Part shown: positions 9,713-19,811 of the stretch, piece by piece
Numbering within the stretch: position 1 is the stretch's first letter
Layout of the letters: each line of letters opens with the position of its first letter
From: an uncultured Clostridia bacterium
Lineage (GTDB): Bacteria > Bacillota > Clostridia > TANB77 > UBA1234
DNA: 64,000 bases
Assembly: GCA_934149305.1 (NCBI GenBank)
Contig: CAKPEF010000008.1
Location: 1,885-65,884, forward strand
Reading direction: 5' to 3'
Notes under the pieces: generated by a model
Told to the model about the DNA's origin: nothing
What the model saw: the letters and a program-made list of their open reading frames with translations, nothing else
The model's database searches: none
Made by a program: the position numbers and the translations under genes

Positions 9713-10111
9713 TTAATACCTACTTTCTAAATACTTTTCAACCTCTTTTAGAAAAATCTCAGCAGTATTTATCTGCTCCTCACATTCTTCTTTTGTAATT
9801 ATATAAAAATCGACATAGTCGCTTTGTTCTCTATAAAATCTCGATTCACCAATTCTTTTTCCAAGTTCTCTTGAAAAAATATTTGTACTAACATACTCTT
9901 TATTAAAATATGAAATTACACCTGAATGCTTTTTAAAATCCACCTCATCTAGCGCACATATTGCTTTCATTGCATGAAATATACTATAATATGCTCTGTT
10001 ACTAGCTCCTTTATATTTATTTTCTCTAAAAAGCAAATATGCCTCCTCTAAATTTTCTCTTGCTTGTTCTTTTCTATATTTTGATAATGTAATACAATTT
10101 TCTTTATCCAC
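9713..10111 (-). CDS. HEPN domain protein (toxin partner of a HEPN/MNT pair)
   Basis: 132-aa helical protein of HEPN type. It overlaps the upstream nucleotidyltransferase gene by 8 nt. Confidence 0.75.
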   Translation of the reverse strand: MDKENCITLSKYRKEQARENLEEAYLLFRENKYKGASNRAYYSIFHAMKAICALDEVDFKKHSGVISYFNKEYVSTNIFSRELGKRIGESRFYREQSDYVDFYIITKEECEEQINTAEIFLKEVEKYLESRY

Positions 10112-10448
10112 TAATTAAAATACCTTCTTTCTGAACATTTTTGTAAAATACCATAAAATCTTTTCTTTGATTATAAACATCAATATTTTCGACTATTGGT
10201 GAAATAAGTATATTATACTTTAAATTCAAATCAAAACTATAATCAAGAACTTTTTTCTGTAATTCTTTTAGTTCATCAGAAGGCGTATTTACTAATATCA
10301 TTATATCAATATCGCTTTGCTCGCCATTTATATTTTGCTCTCCTCTTGCATAAGAACCATACAATATAATATTTATAAGAGAATCCCCAAGTATATTTTT
10401 TGATTCATCTACGAATTCTTTTAAAGCTTGTTTTATGTAATTAGGCAT
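10104..10448 (-). CDS. minimal nucleotidyltransferase (MNT) domain protein
   Basis: LYGSYARGE ... SDIDIMIL is the GSxxRG-x(n)-DxD pol-beta-type NTase signature. Confidence 0.85.
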   Translation of the reverse strand: MPNYIKQALKEFVDESKNILGDSLINIILYGSYARGEQNINGEQSDIDIMILVNTPSDELKELQKKVLDYSFDLNLKYNILISPIVENIDVYNQRKDFMVFYKNVQKEGILISG

Positions 10449-10524
10449 TTTATACTACCTCCTTTGCTAATATTACTATAAGTATACCACAAATTGTATA
10501 ATTTTAAAATATTTTCTCGACTTT

Positions 10525-11233
10525 TTAATCCTCTATCTCTTTGCTTAGCTTATTTATTGCCTTTGTCTCTATTCTTGAGACGTACGAACGCGATATTCCA
10601 AGCATTTTTGCAATTTCATTTTGTGTTTTCACTTCTTTTCCGTTTAAGCCAAATCGAAGTTCTAATATTAGTTTTTCTCTATCTAGTAGAACTTCACTTA
10701 TCTTTTGATATAATTTTTTTACTTTGAATTTTAAATCTAGTGCGTCTTCGACATTCTTTTCTTTGCTTTCTATCACATCCATGAATGTTATTTCATTTCC
10801 TTCTTTATCTTGGCCGGAGTGCATCGTTTAATGATATTTCTTGTGATGTCTTTTTGCTTCCTCTAAAATACATCAAAATCTCATTTTCTATGCACCTTGC
10901 AGCATATGTAGCTAGTCTTACACCTTTACTACCTTTATAGCTATTTATAGCCTTAATAAGTCCTATTGTACCTATGGATATTATATCATCTTGTTCTACT
11001 CCTGAATTTGCATATTTCTTTGCCACATGTGCTACTAATCTTAAGTTTCTCTCTATCAATATTTTTTTTGCATTTTCATCACCATTTTCATATAGCTCTA
11101 AATATTTTGCCTCTTCCTCTGCCGTTAGCGGTTCAGGAAATAGATTGTAACTACTCACATATCCAAGCAAAAAAACGAAGTCTTTCATTGTTTCTAAAAT
11201 TGTAAACATACCAAGCAAAAAAACACCTCCCAT
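10525..11233 (-). pseudogene. sigK: sporulation sigma factor SigK (pro-sigma form), frame-broken at CGG 10814..10816
   Basis: ORF 10805..11233 has the pro-sequence ([17 protein letters not shown]) and region 2 ([26 protein letters not shown]). ORF 10525..10824 continues GQDKEGNEI ... GISRSYVSRIE (region 4) in the +1 frame. Confidence 0.85.
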
Positions 11234-11315
11234 GCCTTCTTTAAATACACTAATATATATTCAAATACGGCATGTCAGGTGCTTGTAATGGTTGGGCTTT
11301 TTTATAAATAGTAAA

Positions 11316-11351
11316 ATAGCTACCATTCCAAAAGAATGATAGCTATTTTTT
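11316..11351. terminator. bidirectional hairpin downstream of the GC-rich kinase gene
   Basis: ATAGCTACCATTC-CAAAA-GAATGATAGCTAT with T runs on both strands. Confidence 0.6.
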
Positions 11352-11353
11352 AA

Positions 11354-11983
11354 TTAAAATCCGAGTTCCTTCAGCTTTTTGAGTACATACTCAAAAGTTT
11401 CTTCGGTTGTCATCTGTGTCGTATCGACATAGATATTTTGAGCAGAATGGAAGTGCTCCAGCGATGGTTCCTTGTTTACCAGCTCGCGATATGCTCTTCT
11501 GGTTTCTTGCTCCTGCCTACGAATATACGATAGATATTCAAACTTGTCAGCGTCAGGATCATCCTTAATTCGTGCATAAGCTGTTTCAGCCTCTGCGACC
11601 ATGTGAATCATCACATCACATGTTGGCAGTTCATCTATGCGATTAAGGTCTGCTATGAAATCATAACCAAAGCCCTGCACTGCTCCATGAACGAAACTAT
11701 CCAAGAATCCTCGTTGCGTGATGATTACGTCAAAATCATCAGAGGTGAACCATTCCTCATACTCCTCGGCAAATAACCGGTTGTCAAGAGCAAACAACAT
11801 CCGGTCCGTATACTTGCTCGTGGACTTGTTCAGAAGCTCTTTGACAATATACCTGTCGAATGGTAATCGCGAACGTTTTACACTCTTTCCGAGCGAAGTA
11901 TAGTACCGTTCAAGCGCTTCAACAAGGGTGGTTTTACCAGAGCCATCCAAACCTGTCGCAACAATCCATTTTGTATCTTTCAT
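11354..11983 (-). CDS. P-loop nucleoside/nucleotide kinase-like protein (thymidylate-kinase-like fold), compositionally foreign
   Basis: GLDGSGKTT Walker A. Start set at MKDTKW behind GGAGG. Visibly GC-richer than all neighbours and contains three in-frame CGG codons. Confidence 0.7.
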   Translation of the reverse strand: MKDTKWIVATGLDGSGKTTLVEALERYYTSLGKSVKRSRLPFDRYIVKELLNKSTSKYTDRMLFALDNRLFAEEYEEWFTSDDFDVIITQRGFLDSFVHGAVQGFGYDFIADLNRIDELPTCDVMIHMVAEAETAYARIKDDPDADKFEYLSYIRRQEQETRRAYRELVNKEPSLEHFHSAQNIYVDTTQMTTEETFEYVLKKLKELGF

Positions 11984-12055
11984 ACAAAATACCTCCAAAA
12001 ATATTAAAATTTAGTACATTATTATTTTACCATAAGTTTGATATTATGTAAAGTT

Positions 12056-12940
12056 TTATTTATAATAAACAACCTTATTTTTCCATTCATCCATAATGCT
12101 TTCTTCTATACTCATTTCGCCAAAGCCCACGCCTAAACCAACATTTGACTTAGCTTTTCCATGATAATCGCTTCCACCAGACATATATAAATTTCTATCT
12201 TTACATAGCTCTACTAGTCTTTCACTTTGTTCTTTTGTAAACGTTGTGTAAAAACATTCTATACCATCTATCTTGTATGTTTTTAGTATATAATCTAATA
12301 TCTTTTCTGAATTTTCTCTATATTCAAATATATGTGGGATAAATACCAATCCACCACATTCTCTTATCAAATTTGCGGCTTCATCAAACTCTGGCACAAA
12401 ATCATCCATTTCAACATATAGAGGACCTTCAGGATTTGACATATACATTCTATAAAATGTTTTAGTATCATTTAAAAACTTACTTGGTATTATGCTCTCA
12501 TTTTCACTAAACTTTTTGATTTCTTCTTGTATAAATTTTGATGTAAACGCTTTTCCATCATATCTTGATAAGCAGTCTTTTTCTAATTTTATTCCTATAT
12601 CAATGCATTTTTTATACAATCTTTCGCATTCTATTTTGTTTCTTTCTTCTGCTGGTATATAAAGTTTCTTTACTAGTTCATTCATCTTTTTATAGTCTAT
12701 GCCATATCCTAGTATCTCTATTGGCACCTTCAAAGCCTTTGTATTTAGCTCTATTCCTGGAATTATACGCCCATTATAATAATTATTTATCTCAACATTT
12801 TCTAATGCTTCATATACTTTTGCTGTATTATGATCTGTTATCGATATTATACTTAAATTCTTTGCCTTAGCATTTTTTAATATTTCTATTTCGGTATCTG
12901 TACCATCTGAAAAATACGTATGCATATGTAAGTCTATCAT
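12056..12940 (-). CDS. PHP domain (histidinol-phosphatase-like) protein
   Basis: MIDLHMHTYFSDG ... ITDHNT N-terminal PHP motifs. Confidence 0.8.
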   Translation of the reverse strand: MIDLHMHTYFSDGTDTEIEILKNAKAKNLSIISITDHNTAKVYEALENVEINNYYNGRIIPGIELNTKALKVPIEILGYGIDYKKMNELVKKLYIPAEERNKIECERLYKKCIDIGIKLEKDCLSRYDGKAFTSKFIQEEIKKFSENESIIPSKFLNDTKTFYRMYMSNPEGPLYVEMDDFVPEFDEAANLIRECGGLVFIPHIFEYRENSEKILDYILKTYKIDGIECFYTTFTKEQSERLVELCKDRNLYMSGGSDYHGKAKSNVGLGVGFGEMSIEESIMDEWKNKVVYYK

Positions 12941-12954
12941 TTTTTTACTCCTAT

Positions 12955-13620
12955 TTATAATATTTTACCTAGATATCCATCTGATTCTAATTCTTTATTT
13001 GGAGATATTATCATTAGATTATCTTTTTCTTCTATAACATAGTCTGCCATTGGTATAATCACTCTACCATCTTTCTTTTCTATACATACAATAACTATGT
13101 TGTATTTTGGTCTAATATCTAGCTTATTTAAACTTATTCCTACCCATTCTTTTGGTGTTTCAATTTCTAAAATACTGTATTCTTTTCCGAATTCTACTCT
13201 TTCTATTATGCTTTTATGCATTATAGATTTTGCAATCCTTGTTCCTACATCTTGTTCTGGTTGAACTACTTTGTCTACACCTATCATTGTAAGAAGTCTT
13301 GTATGCATATCATCTCTTGACTTTGCAATGATGTATGGCATCTTTAATTCTTTAAGTGTAAGTGCAATCATTATACTTGCCTCTAGATTATCTCCTATTC
13401 CTATTACTGCAGTATCAAAGTTCGAAACACCAAGTTTTTTTAAGCTTTCAATATCACCTGCATCTACTCTTGCTGCATGGGTAACATATGGTGCCACATC
13501 ATCTACTAACTCAGGCGCTTCATCAATTGCTAATACTTCACAATCATATGCTGAAAGTGCTTTTGCTACGCTCATTCCAAACTTTCCAAGTCCTACTATT
13601 AAAATTTGTTCTTTTCTCAT
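12955..13620 (-). CDS. ktrA: potassium uptake protein, NAD-binding peripheral subunit (TrkA/KtrA)
   Basis: ILIVGLGKFG Rossmann motif with TrkA-N plus TrkA-C organisation. Lies directly downstream of ktrB. Confidence 0.9.
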   Translation of the reverse strand: MRKEQILIVGLGKFGMSVAKALSAYDCEVLAIDEAPELVDDVAPYVTHAARVDAGDIESLKKLGVSNFDTAVIGIGDNLEASIMIALTLKELKMPYIIAKSRDDMHTRLLTMIGVDKVVQPEQDVGTRIAKSIMHKSIIERVEFGKEYSILEIETPKEWVGISLNKLDIRPKYNIVIVCIEKKDGRVIIPMADYVIEEKDNLMIISPNKELESDGYLGKIL

Positions 13621-13690
13621 GAATTATCAATTCCCTTCTTATAATCTTTTTTGGAGTATTGTGTATTTCCATATTTTATTACTATTCAAC

Positions 13691-13792
13691 CCTAATTTAT
13701 AACGAATGCTGAATTATAATATTTTCATGGAGCACACTGTGCTCCGCTACATGTTTGCAACTGTTTTATATTTTTTTATAAAGTGGCTTGCC
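13691..13792 (+). repeat. GTAG-hairpin intergenic repeat
   Basis: ...ATAACGAATGCTGAATTATAATATTTTCATGGAGCACACTGTGCTCCGCTACATGTTTGCAACTG... Confidence 0.85.
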
Positions 13793-13820
13793 TTGTACCT
13801 TTTTAAATTATGTTTTCATT

Positions 13821-13918
13821 CCTTTATGGAGTACATCTACGCTTAAGCTACGCTCTTATAAAATACAATTATACCCCATATATACTTTCATTTTCTTTGA
13901 AGACTTAAGAGTAACAAT
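13821..13918 (+). repeat. GTAG-hairpin intergenic repeat with TTGAAGACTTAAGAGTAACA tail, abutting the ktrB stop
   Basis: TCCTTTATGGAGTACATCTACGCTTAAGCTACGCTC...TTGAAGACTTAAGAGTAACAATT. The same tail recurs at 53221..53240. Confidence 0.75.
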
Positions 13919-15297
13919 TTATCCTACAATTACATCTTCTTTTGCGTAAACTATATCATCATTTTCTTTTGGTTTTCCAAGTATAAATGCAACTGCGGTC
14001 GTAATTGTTCCCACTCTTCCAATATACATTAAAAGTATGTTTACAAACAAGCCTGTATTATTCATGCGTTCTATTGTACCAGCCGAAAGTCCAACTGTAG
14101 CTATTGAAGATGATAAATCAAAAGTAGTATCTAAAACTGACACATTTTCTGTTATATTGCATGTAACAATTAAAACAGAAATGAAAGTAACTACAGTCAT
14201 AAAAATAAATACTGTCATAGCTTTCTCATATGTTTCGTGCGGAATTGTTTTCTTGAATATGGTTATGTTTTTCTTTCCTTTAATCATAGCAAGCATTCCA
14301 TATAATATAACTACAACCGTTACTGTTTTTATTCCGCCTGCCATGCTTCCTGGCGCTCCTCCTATAAGCATTAAAAATATCATTAAAAGTTTTGTTGCAT
14401 CTCTAAGCTCTGCCATATTTACTGTCGACATGCCTGCCGTTCTTGCTGAAACTGATTGAAACGATGAAACTAAAATCTTGTCACTAAGTTCTAGATTTCC
14501 TATTGTACTGCTATTAGTATTTTCAAAACTTAAAAACAAAACCGTTCCTAATATCATTAATACTACTTGTGATATCAAAACCAATTTAGTATGTAGTGCA
14601 AGTTTTTTTATCGCTTTTGAAATACTTGTTTTGTTTTTTATTGCTTCCCCAAAACATTTAGATATATCTTCCCATACCAAAAAGCCAAGACCACCCAATT
14701 GAATCAGTATTATAATTGTAATATTTACTACTTTATCTAATGAATATGGCTCTAAGCTATTGCCTTTTAAAATATCAAATCCAGCATTACAAAATGCTGA
14801 TACCGAGTGAAATAGACCTTTAAATAAGCCATCTGCAAAAGTTGTTTCTGGTACAAATCTAGTTGCTAAAATAAGTGCTCCAAATAGTTCAAAGGTTAAT
14901 GTATATTTAATTATCTTTCTAAGTAATTTAACTACGCCTGCAAAGTCGGTTTTATTAACAGATTGACTAATTAAAATTCGATTTCGTAAGCTTATCTTTT
15001 TACCGTAACCACATCATTATAAGCGCTATAACTAGCATAAGACCGAAGTCCACCTATTTGTATAAGTAGCATCATAATAATTTTTCCAAAAACAGTGAAG
15101 GTAGCCTCAACATCAACAGTAGAATGACCTGTAACACATGTACAGGATGTTGCTGTAAAAAGTGCATCTATGTATGATAATTCTCCTTTATGAGATATAG
15201 GCAATTTTAATATTAGACTACCTATAAATATTGTTATTAAAAATCCAAGTGCAATCATCTGCATTGACGATAATTTATTCATAAATTTTGTTTTCAT
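13919..15297 (-). pseudogene. ktrB: potassium transporter membrane subunit KtrB/TrkH, two frame breaks at CGG 15043..15045 and 15003..15005
   Basis: The gene reads in three frames. 15297..15046 gives MKTKF...LLIQIGGL. 15044..15006 gives GLMLVIALIMMWL. 15004..13919 gives GKKISLRNRILISQS...IQLGGLGFLVWED... and is open to the stop. Joined, they make a 458-aa KtrB. Confidence 0.85.
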
Positions 15298-15361
15298 TTG
15301 TATCCTCCGTTTTTCTTTTTGGTTTGTTTAATAATTATAATATTTTTTTATTTCTATTTTA

Positions 15362-15455
15362 TTGTACTGCTAGTAATTAGTTTTTATGGAGCACAATGTG
15401 CTTAAGCTACATTTTGGGCAGCATATTTTATTTTTTAATAAATTAGTTTACGCTA
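15362..15455 (+). repeat. GTAG-hairpin intergenic repeat
   Basis: TTTTTATGGAGCACAATGTGCTTAAGCTACATTTTGGGCAGCATATTTTATTTTTTAATAAATTAGTTTACGCTAA. Confidence 0.85.
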
Positions 15456-15760
15456 ATTTTTATACTTTATCTACAAGACTATTTTAAATGATAAACAATG
15501 AAAAATAAATATATTTAATAGAATTAAATAATTTTAGTTTAAGAGATTGGTATTTCTATTTAATGTCATAGTACATTCTAAAAAGCTAGTGCAGAGCAAT
15601 TTTCAGGTTGTTCCACAATAGCTATCGACAAAGAGCCAATATTTCCATGTATTACACTTAAATTCACCACATCTTTTATAAAACATACTTTTAGCTTTGA
15701 AGGCTAAATAATAACATTTAGGCAAACTTCATTTATTTGCTAAACTTCTTGATAAAGAAT

Positions 15761-15792
15761 AAAAAAGACTTTCGTATTTTCACACGAAAGTC
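15761..15792 (-). terminator. intrinsic terminator after rplQ
   Basis: GACTTTCGT-8 nt-ACGAAAGTC, followed on the minus strand by TTTTTT. Confidence 0.75.
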
Positions 15793-15805
15793 CATTTTCA
15801 ACAAA

Positions 15806-16330
15806 CTAAACCAATTGAAGTATAACTGCTTCTGCAGCGTCTCCTCTTCTTTGACCTAATTTTAATATTCTTGTATATCCACCTTTTTTATCTGCATACT
15901 TTTCTGCAATTTCTCCAAATAATTTTCCAGGTAAATCTACACTATTTCCATTTTCATCTTTAACCTTGTTAAGATTTGCAATCATTTTTCTTCTAGCTGC
16001 AAGTCTTGAAGGCATATCTTTTTTAGTCTTTTCTGTAACTTCTTCTTTAACAACTTTGTAAAATTCTTTTCCGTTTTTACTTGTTGCTTTTTCTGTTACT
16101 TTACATCCATTAGCATCTAATTTAGCTTTAGAAACTTTAACTTCAACTTCTTCAAAGTTATCTTTTTCTTTGATTGCAAGAGAAATTAAGCTATCTACTA
16201 TACTTTTAACTTCTTTTGCCTTAGCTTCAGTTGTTTCGATTTGTCCATGCCAAATAAGACTTGTTGCCATATTCTTAAGCATAGCAACTCTATGGTCAGC
16301 AGTTCTTCCTAACTTTCTATTTTCTGCCAC
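15806..16330 (-). CDS. rplQ: 50S ribosomal protein L17 (bL17), with a long internal insertion
   Basis: N-terminus RKLGRTADHRVAML and C-terminus GGYTRILKLGQRRGDAAEAVILQLV are canonical L17. At 174 aa it is much longer than usual. Confidence 0.95.
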   Translation of the reverse strand: MAENRKLGRTADHRVAMLKNMATSLIWHGQIETTEAKAKEVKSIVDSLISLAIKEKDNFEEVEVKVSKAKLDANGCKVTEKATSKNGKEFYKVVKEEVTEKTKKDMPSRLAARRKMIANLNKVKDENGNSVDLPGKLFGEIAEKYADKKGGYTRILKLGQRRGDAAEAVILQLV

Positions 16331-16358
16331 TTTTATTTCACCCTTCCTAAATAATTTC

Positions 16359-17306
16359 TTAATCTTCGCTAGGCATAAAATCTAACCCTAAAGAATGCAA
16401 CTTGTTTGTTACCTCTTCTAATGATTTTCTACCTAGGTTTCTAACTTTCATCATATCTTCTTCTGTCTTGTTTGTTAAGTCTTCTACATTGATGATTCCA
16501 GCTCTCTTCAAACAATTATATGATCTTACAGATAAATCAAGTTCTTCGATTGTTGTTTCTAATACTTTCTCTTTCTTAGATTCTTCTTTCTCAACCATGA
16601 TTTCTGTGTTCTTTGTAGCTTCAGACAAATCTATAAACAATGCTAAATGCTCATTCATAACCTTTGCAGCTAAGCTTAAAGCTTCGTCTGGTGCAAGGCT
16701 TCCGTCTGTCCAAAGTTCTATTGTTAATTTATCATAATCTGTTATTTGACCTACTCTTGTATTCTCAACATAGAAATTTACTTTCTTTACTGGAGTATAA
16801 ATAGAATCAATAGCGATAACTCCGATAGGTTGATTTGCGTTTTTGTTCTTGCTAGATGGATTATATCCTCTACCACGATTTGCTGTTAATTCCATATGTA
16901 ATTTGCCACCCTCGGCAATTGTACAAATATGTAAATCTGGATTTAATATTTCAACATTTGCATCTCCAACGATGTCTCCTGCTGTAACTTCTCCTTCGCC
17001 ATCAACATCAATTTTAAGATTTTTTTCTTCGTTATCATGAATCTTTAATCTTACGTTCTTTAAGTTTAGAATTATTTCTACAACATCTTCGACAATGCCA
17101 GGTATTGTAGTAAACTCATGTTGAACTCCGTCAACTTTGATACTTGTAATTGCAGCTCCTGGAAGTGATGAAAGCAAAATTCTACGAAGTGAATTACCAA
17201 GTGTAATTCCGTAACCTCTCTCTAAAGGTTCACATACAAATTTTGCATACATATTATCATTGTCTAGTTTTAAACATTCGATTCTTGGCTTTTCGAATTC
17301 TATCAT
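16359..17306 (-). CDS. rpoA: DNA-directed RNA polymerase subunit alpha
   Basis: 315 aa. [16 protein letters not shown] and the C-terminal [16 protein letters not shown] motifs. Confidence 0.98.
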   Translation of the reverse strand: MIEFEKPRIECLKLDNDNMYAKFVCEPLERGYGITLGNSLRRILLSSLPGAAITSIKVDGVQHEFTTIPGIVEDVVEIILNLKNVRLKIHDNEEKNLKIDVDGEGEVTAGDIVGDANVEILNPDLHICTIAEGGKLHMELTANRGRGYNPSSKNKNANQPIGVIAIDSIYTPVKKVNFYVENTRVGQITDYDKLTIELWTDGSLAPDEALSLAAKVMNEHLALFIDLSEATKNTEIMVEKEESKKEKVLETTIEELDLSVRSYNCLKRAGIINVEDLTNKTEEDMMKVRNLGRKSLEEVTNKLHSLGLDFMPSED

Positions 17307-17443
17307 TCTTTAACCTCCTAAATAATATAAATTTTATTACTCTTTCTTAATCTAAGCATGTCTTAAAATTAAGCATTGTCCATCGTATAAATAAACATTT
17401 TCTAAATATAAGCCACCTATGTAATGGACAACTCAATTTATTT

Positions 17444-18067
17444 CTATTTAGAATACAATTCGACAATCAAATGCTCCTTAACTGGTAAATCGATTTCTTC
17501 TCTAGCAGGAACAGCAACGATTTTACCTGATTTGTTATCAACATCAGCTTCTAACCAACTTGGAATTGGTCTGCCGTTTTCTTCTGCTACTTGTTTGAAT
17601 ATAGGATCATTTTGACTTGATTCTCTAACTTTTATTACATCATTTACTTTTGTTAAGTAAGAAGGAATATTTACTTTTACTCCATTTACTTCGAAATGAC
17701 CATGTCTAACTAATTGTCTTGCTTGAGCTCTTGATGTTGCTAATCCTAATCTATATACAACATTATCTAATCTGCTTTCAAGAATTTGAAGTAATTTTAA
17801 ACCTGTAACTTCTTTAGATCTTGAAGCCTCTTCAAAGTATTTTCTAAATTGAGATTCTAAAACACCATAGAATGCTTTAGCCTTTTGCTTTTCTCTTAAT
17901 TGCATACCATAATCTGATTGTTTCTTTCTTTTTTGTCCATGTTGACCTGGAGCATATGCTCTTCTTGTTAAAGCGCATTTATCAGTATAACATCTTGAAC
18001 CTTTAAGAAACAATTTCTCGCCTTCTCTACGGCAAACACGGCATGACTCACCTATATATCTTGCCAT
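17444..18067 (-). CDS. rpsD: 30S ribosomal protein S4
   Basis: [23 protein letters not shown]... canonical uS4. Confidence 0.97.
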   Translation of the reverse strand: MARYIGESCRVCRREGEKLFLKGSRCYTDKCALTRRAYAPGQHGQKRKKQSDYGMQLREKQKAKAFYGVLESQFRKYFEEASRSKEVTGLKLLQILESRLDNVVYRLGLATSRAQARQLVRHGHFEVNGVKVNIPSYLTKVNDVIKVRESSQNDPIFKQVAEENGRPIPSWLEADVDNKSGKIVAVPAREEIDLPVKEHLIVELYSK

Positions 18068-18096
18068 TTATATATTCATTCCTTTCTATTTTCAAT

Positions 18097-18501
18097 TTAA
18101 ACTCTTCTTCTCTTTGGAGGTCTGCATCCATTGTGAGGAATTGGAGTTACATCTTTGATCATACTGATTTCAAGACCTGCAGTTTGAAGTGCACGAATTG
18201 CAGCTTCTCTACCAGCTCCTGGTCCTTTAACAAATACTTCTACAGATTTTAATCCGTGTTCCATAGCTGCTTTTGCTGCAGTTTCAGCTGCCATTTGAGA
18301 TGCAAATGGTGTGCTCTTTCTAGAACCTTTAAATCCTAATCCTCCTGAACTTGCCCAAGATAATGTGTTACCTTGAACATCTGTAATTGTAACTATTGTA
18401 TTGTTAAAACTAGAGTGAATATGAGCTTGACCTTTTTCAACGTTTTTACGCTCTTTTCTCTTTCTAGTTGTAGCTTTTTTAGCTTGTACTTTACCTGCCA
18501 C
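18097..18501 (-). CDS. rpsK: 30S ribosomal protein S11
   Basis: [18 protein letters not shown] ... [10 protein letters not shown]. Confidence 0.97.
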   Translation of the reverse strand: MAGKVQAKKATTRKRKERKNVEKGQAHIHSSFNNTIVTITDVQGNTLSWASSGGLGFKGSRKSTPFASQMAAETAAKAAMEHGLKSVEVFVKGPGAGREAAIRALQTAGLEISMIKDVTPIPHNGCRPPKRRRV

Positions 18502-18517
18502 TATAATTCACCCTCCT

Positions 18518-18886
18518 TTATTTCTTCTTATTTGCTACCATTTTTCTAGGACCTTTTCTTGTTCTTGCATTAGTTTTTGTTCTTTGTCCTCTAACTGGTA
18601 AATTCTTTTTATGTCTGATTCCTCTATAGCAGCCAATTTCCATTAATCTCTTAATGTCAAGTGCTATATCTCTTCTTAAGTCACCTTCAACTTTGTAATT
18701 TTTATCAATGTTTTCTCTTAATTTGATAACTTCTTCTTCTGTCAAATCTTTAACTCTTGTATCTGGATTTATTCCAGTTTCAGCTAAGATTTTGTTTGAT
18801 CTTGTTCTTCCTATACCATAGATATAAGTTAAGCCTATTTCAACTCTTTTTTCTCTTGGTAAGTCAACTCCTGCGATACGAGCCAT
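18518..18886 (-). CDS. rpsM: 30S ribosomal protein S13
   Basis: [26 protein letters not shown]. Confidence 0.97.
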   Translation of the reverse strand: MARIAGVDLPREKRVEIGLTYIYGIGRTRSNKILAETGINPDTRVKDLTEEEVIKLRENIDKNYKVEGDLRRDIALDIKRLMEIGCYRGIRHKKNLPVRGQRTKTNARTRKGPRKMVANKKK

Positions 18887-19060
18887 TTAAAAAATACACC
18901 TCCATAAAATCTTTTTGTTACTTTGTGTGTTGCTACTTAGTGACGTAAGTTGCAACTATATATAAACATTGATTTAGATCTTATTTCTAAGACAGCCGCC
19001 CAAATCAATATTTAAAGCGTTTTTTTGACATCTTTATGCCATTTTGTTGTTTATATCCTA

Positions 19061-19174
19061 TTAGCCTTGACGTTGTTTATGTTTTGGGTTTTCGCATATA
19101 ACTCTTACAACACCTTTTCTTTTGATTACTTTGCATTTGTCGCAAATTTTCTTTGCTGATGGTCTTACTTTCAT
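19061..19174 (-). CDS. rpmJ: 50S ribosomal protein L36 (Cys-containing form)
   Basis: Not in the ORF track because it is too short. The reverse complement translates to [37 protein letters not shown]. Confidence 0.93.
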   Translation of the reverse strand: MKVRPSAKKICDKCKVIKRKGVVRVICENPKHKQRQG

Positions 19175-19241
19175 TTCTTCCCCTCCTTAAAATTACCAGT
19201 TTATATATAAATCTTCGCAAAAGCGAAGTGCCGCGCAAATG

Positions 19242-19460
19242 TTATTTTGCCCTCCAAGTGATACGTCCTCTGTTTAAATCGTATGGTGAAAGTTCTAATT
19301 TAACCTTATCACCAGGTAAGATTTTAATAAAGTTCATTCTTAATTTACCAGAAATATGTGCATGTAATTTATGTCCATTTTCTAATTCAACAATGAATTC
19401 TGCATTAGGTAATGCCTCTACGACAGTTCCCTCAACCTCAATTATATCTTCCTTTGACAT
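19242..19460 (-). CDS. infA: translation initiation factor IF-1
   Basis: [22 protein letters not shown]...GRITWR. Confidence 0.97.
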   Translation of the reverse strand: MSKEDIIEVEGTVVEALPNAEFIVELENGHKLHAHISGKLRMNFIKILPGDKVKLELSPYDLNRGRITWRAK

Positions 19461-19471
19461 ATAAGTACCTC

Positions 19472-19738
19472 CTACTTGTCCCTTAGTACCTCTTTTAGGG
19501 CTCTTTTTATATCTTGATTTGTAACTTTATGCTTGTTCTTTATTCTTGTTGCTATATTTTCGTCATAAAGATCTGTTGCTTCAATGTGCTTTATTTTCTT
19601 CTTTTTAGGTTTATCTATTTTTCGAACCGATCCATCTACCAAATATACATAATTTTCTTCAACTCCAACCACAATAAAATATAACCCTTTATCGCGTCCC
19701 ATCGTTGATATTACTATATTTCCAATCTCTATATTCAA
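19472..19738 (-). CDS. KOW-domain RNA-binding protein (the small gene usual between map and infA in Clostridia)
   Basis: 88 aa, with a GRDKG KOW-like motif and a conserved position. Confidence 0.7.
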   Translation of the reverse strand: MNIEIGNIVISTMGRDKGLYFIVVGVEENYVYLVDGSVRKIDKPKKKKIKHIEATDLYDENIATRIKNKHKVTNQDIKRALKEVLRDK

Positions 19739-19811
19739 AATTTATACCAACCTTTCTGTATATAAAAACTGCCAAAAAGCCATTTTCTAACTTAGACATT
19801 ATACATTTTTT

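Noticed and set aside
15298-15805. I looked for a c-di-AMP (ydaO-type) riboswitch or another leader upstream of ktrB.
   Set aside because: The region is AT-rich and largely occupied by a GTAG-hairpin repeat copy. None of the GC-rich conserved riboswitch segments I remember are present.
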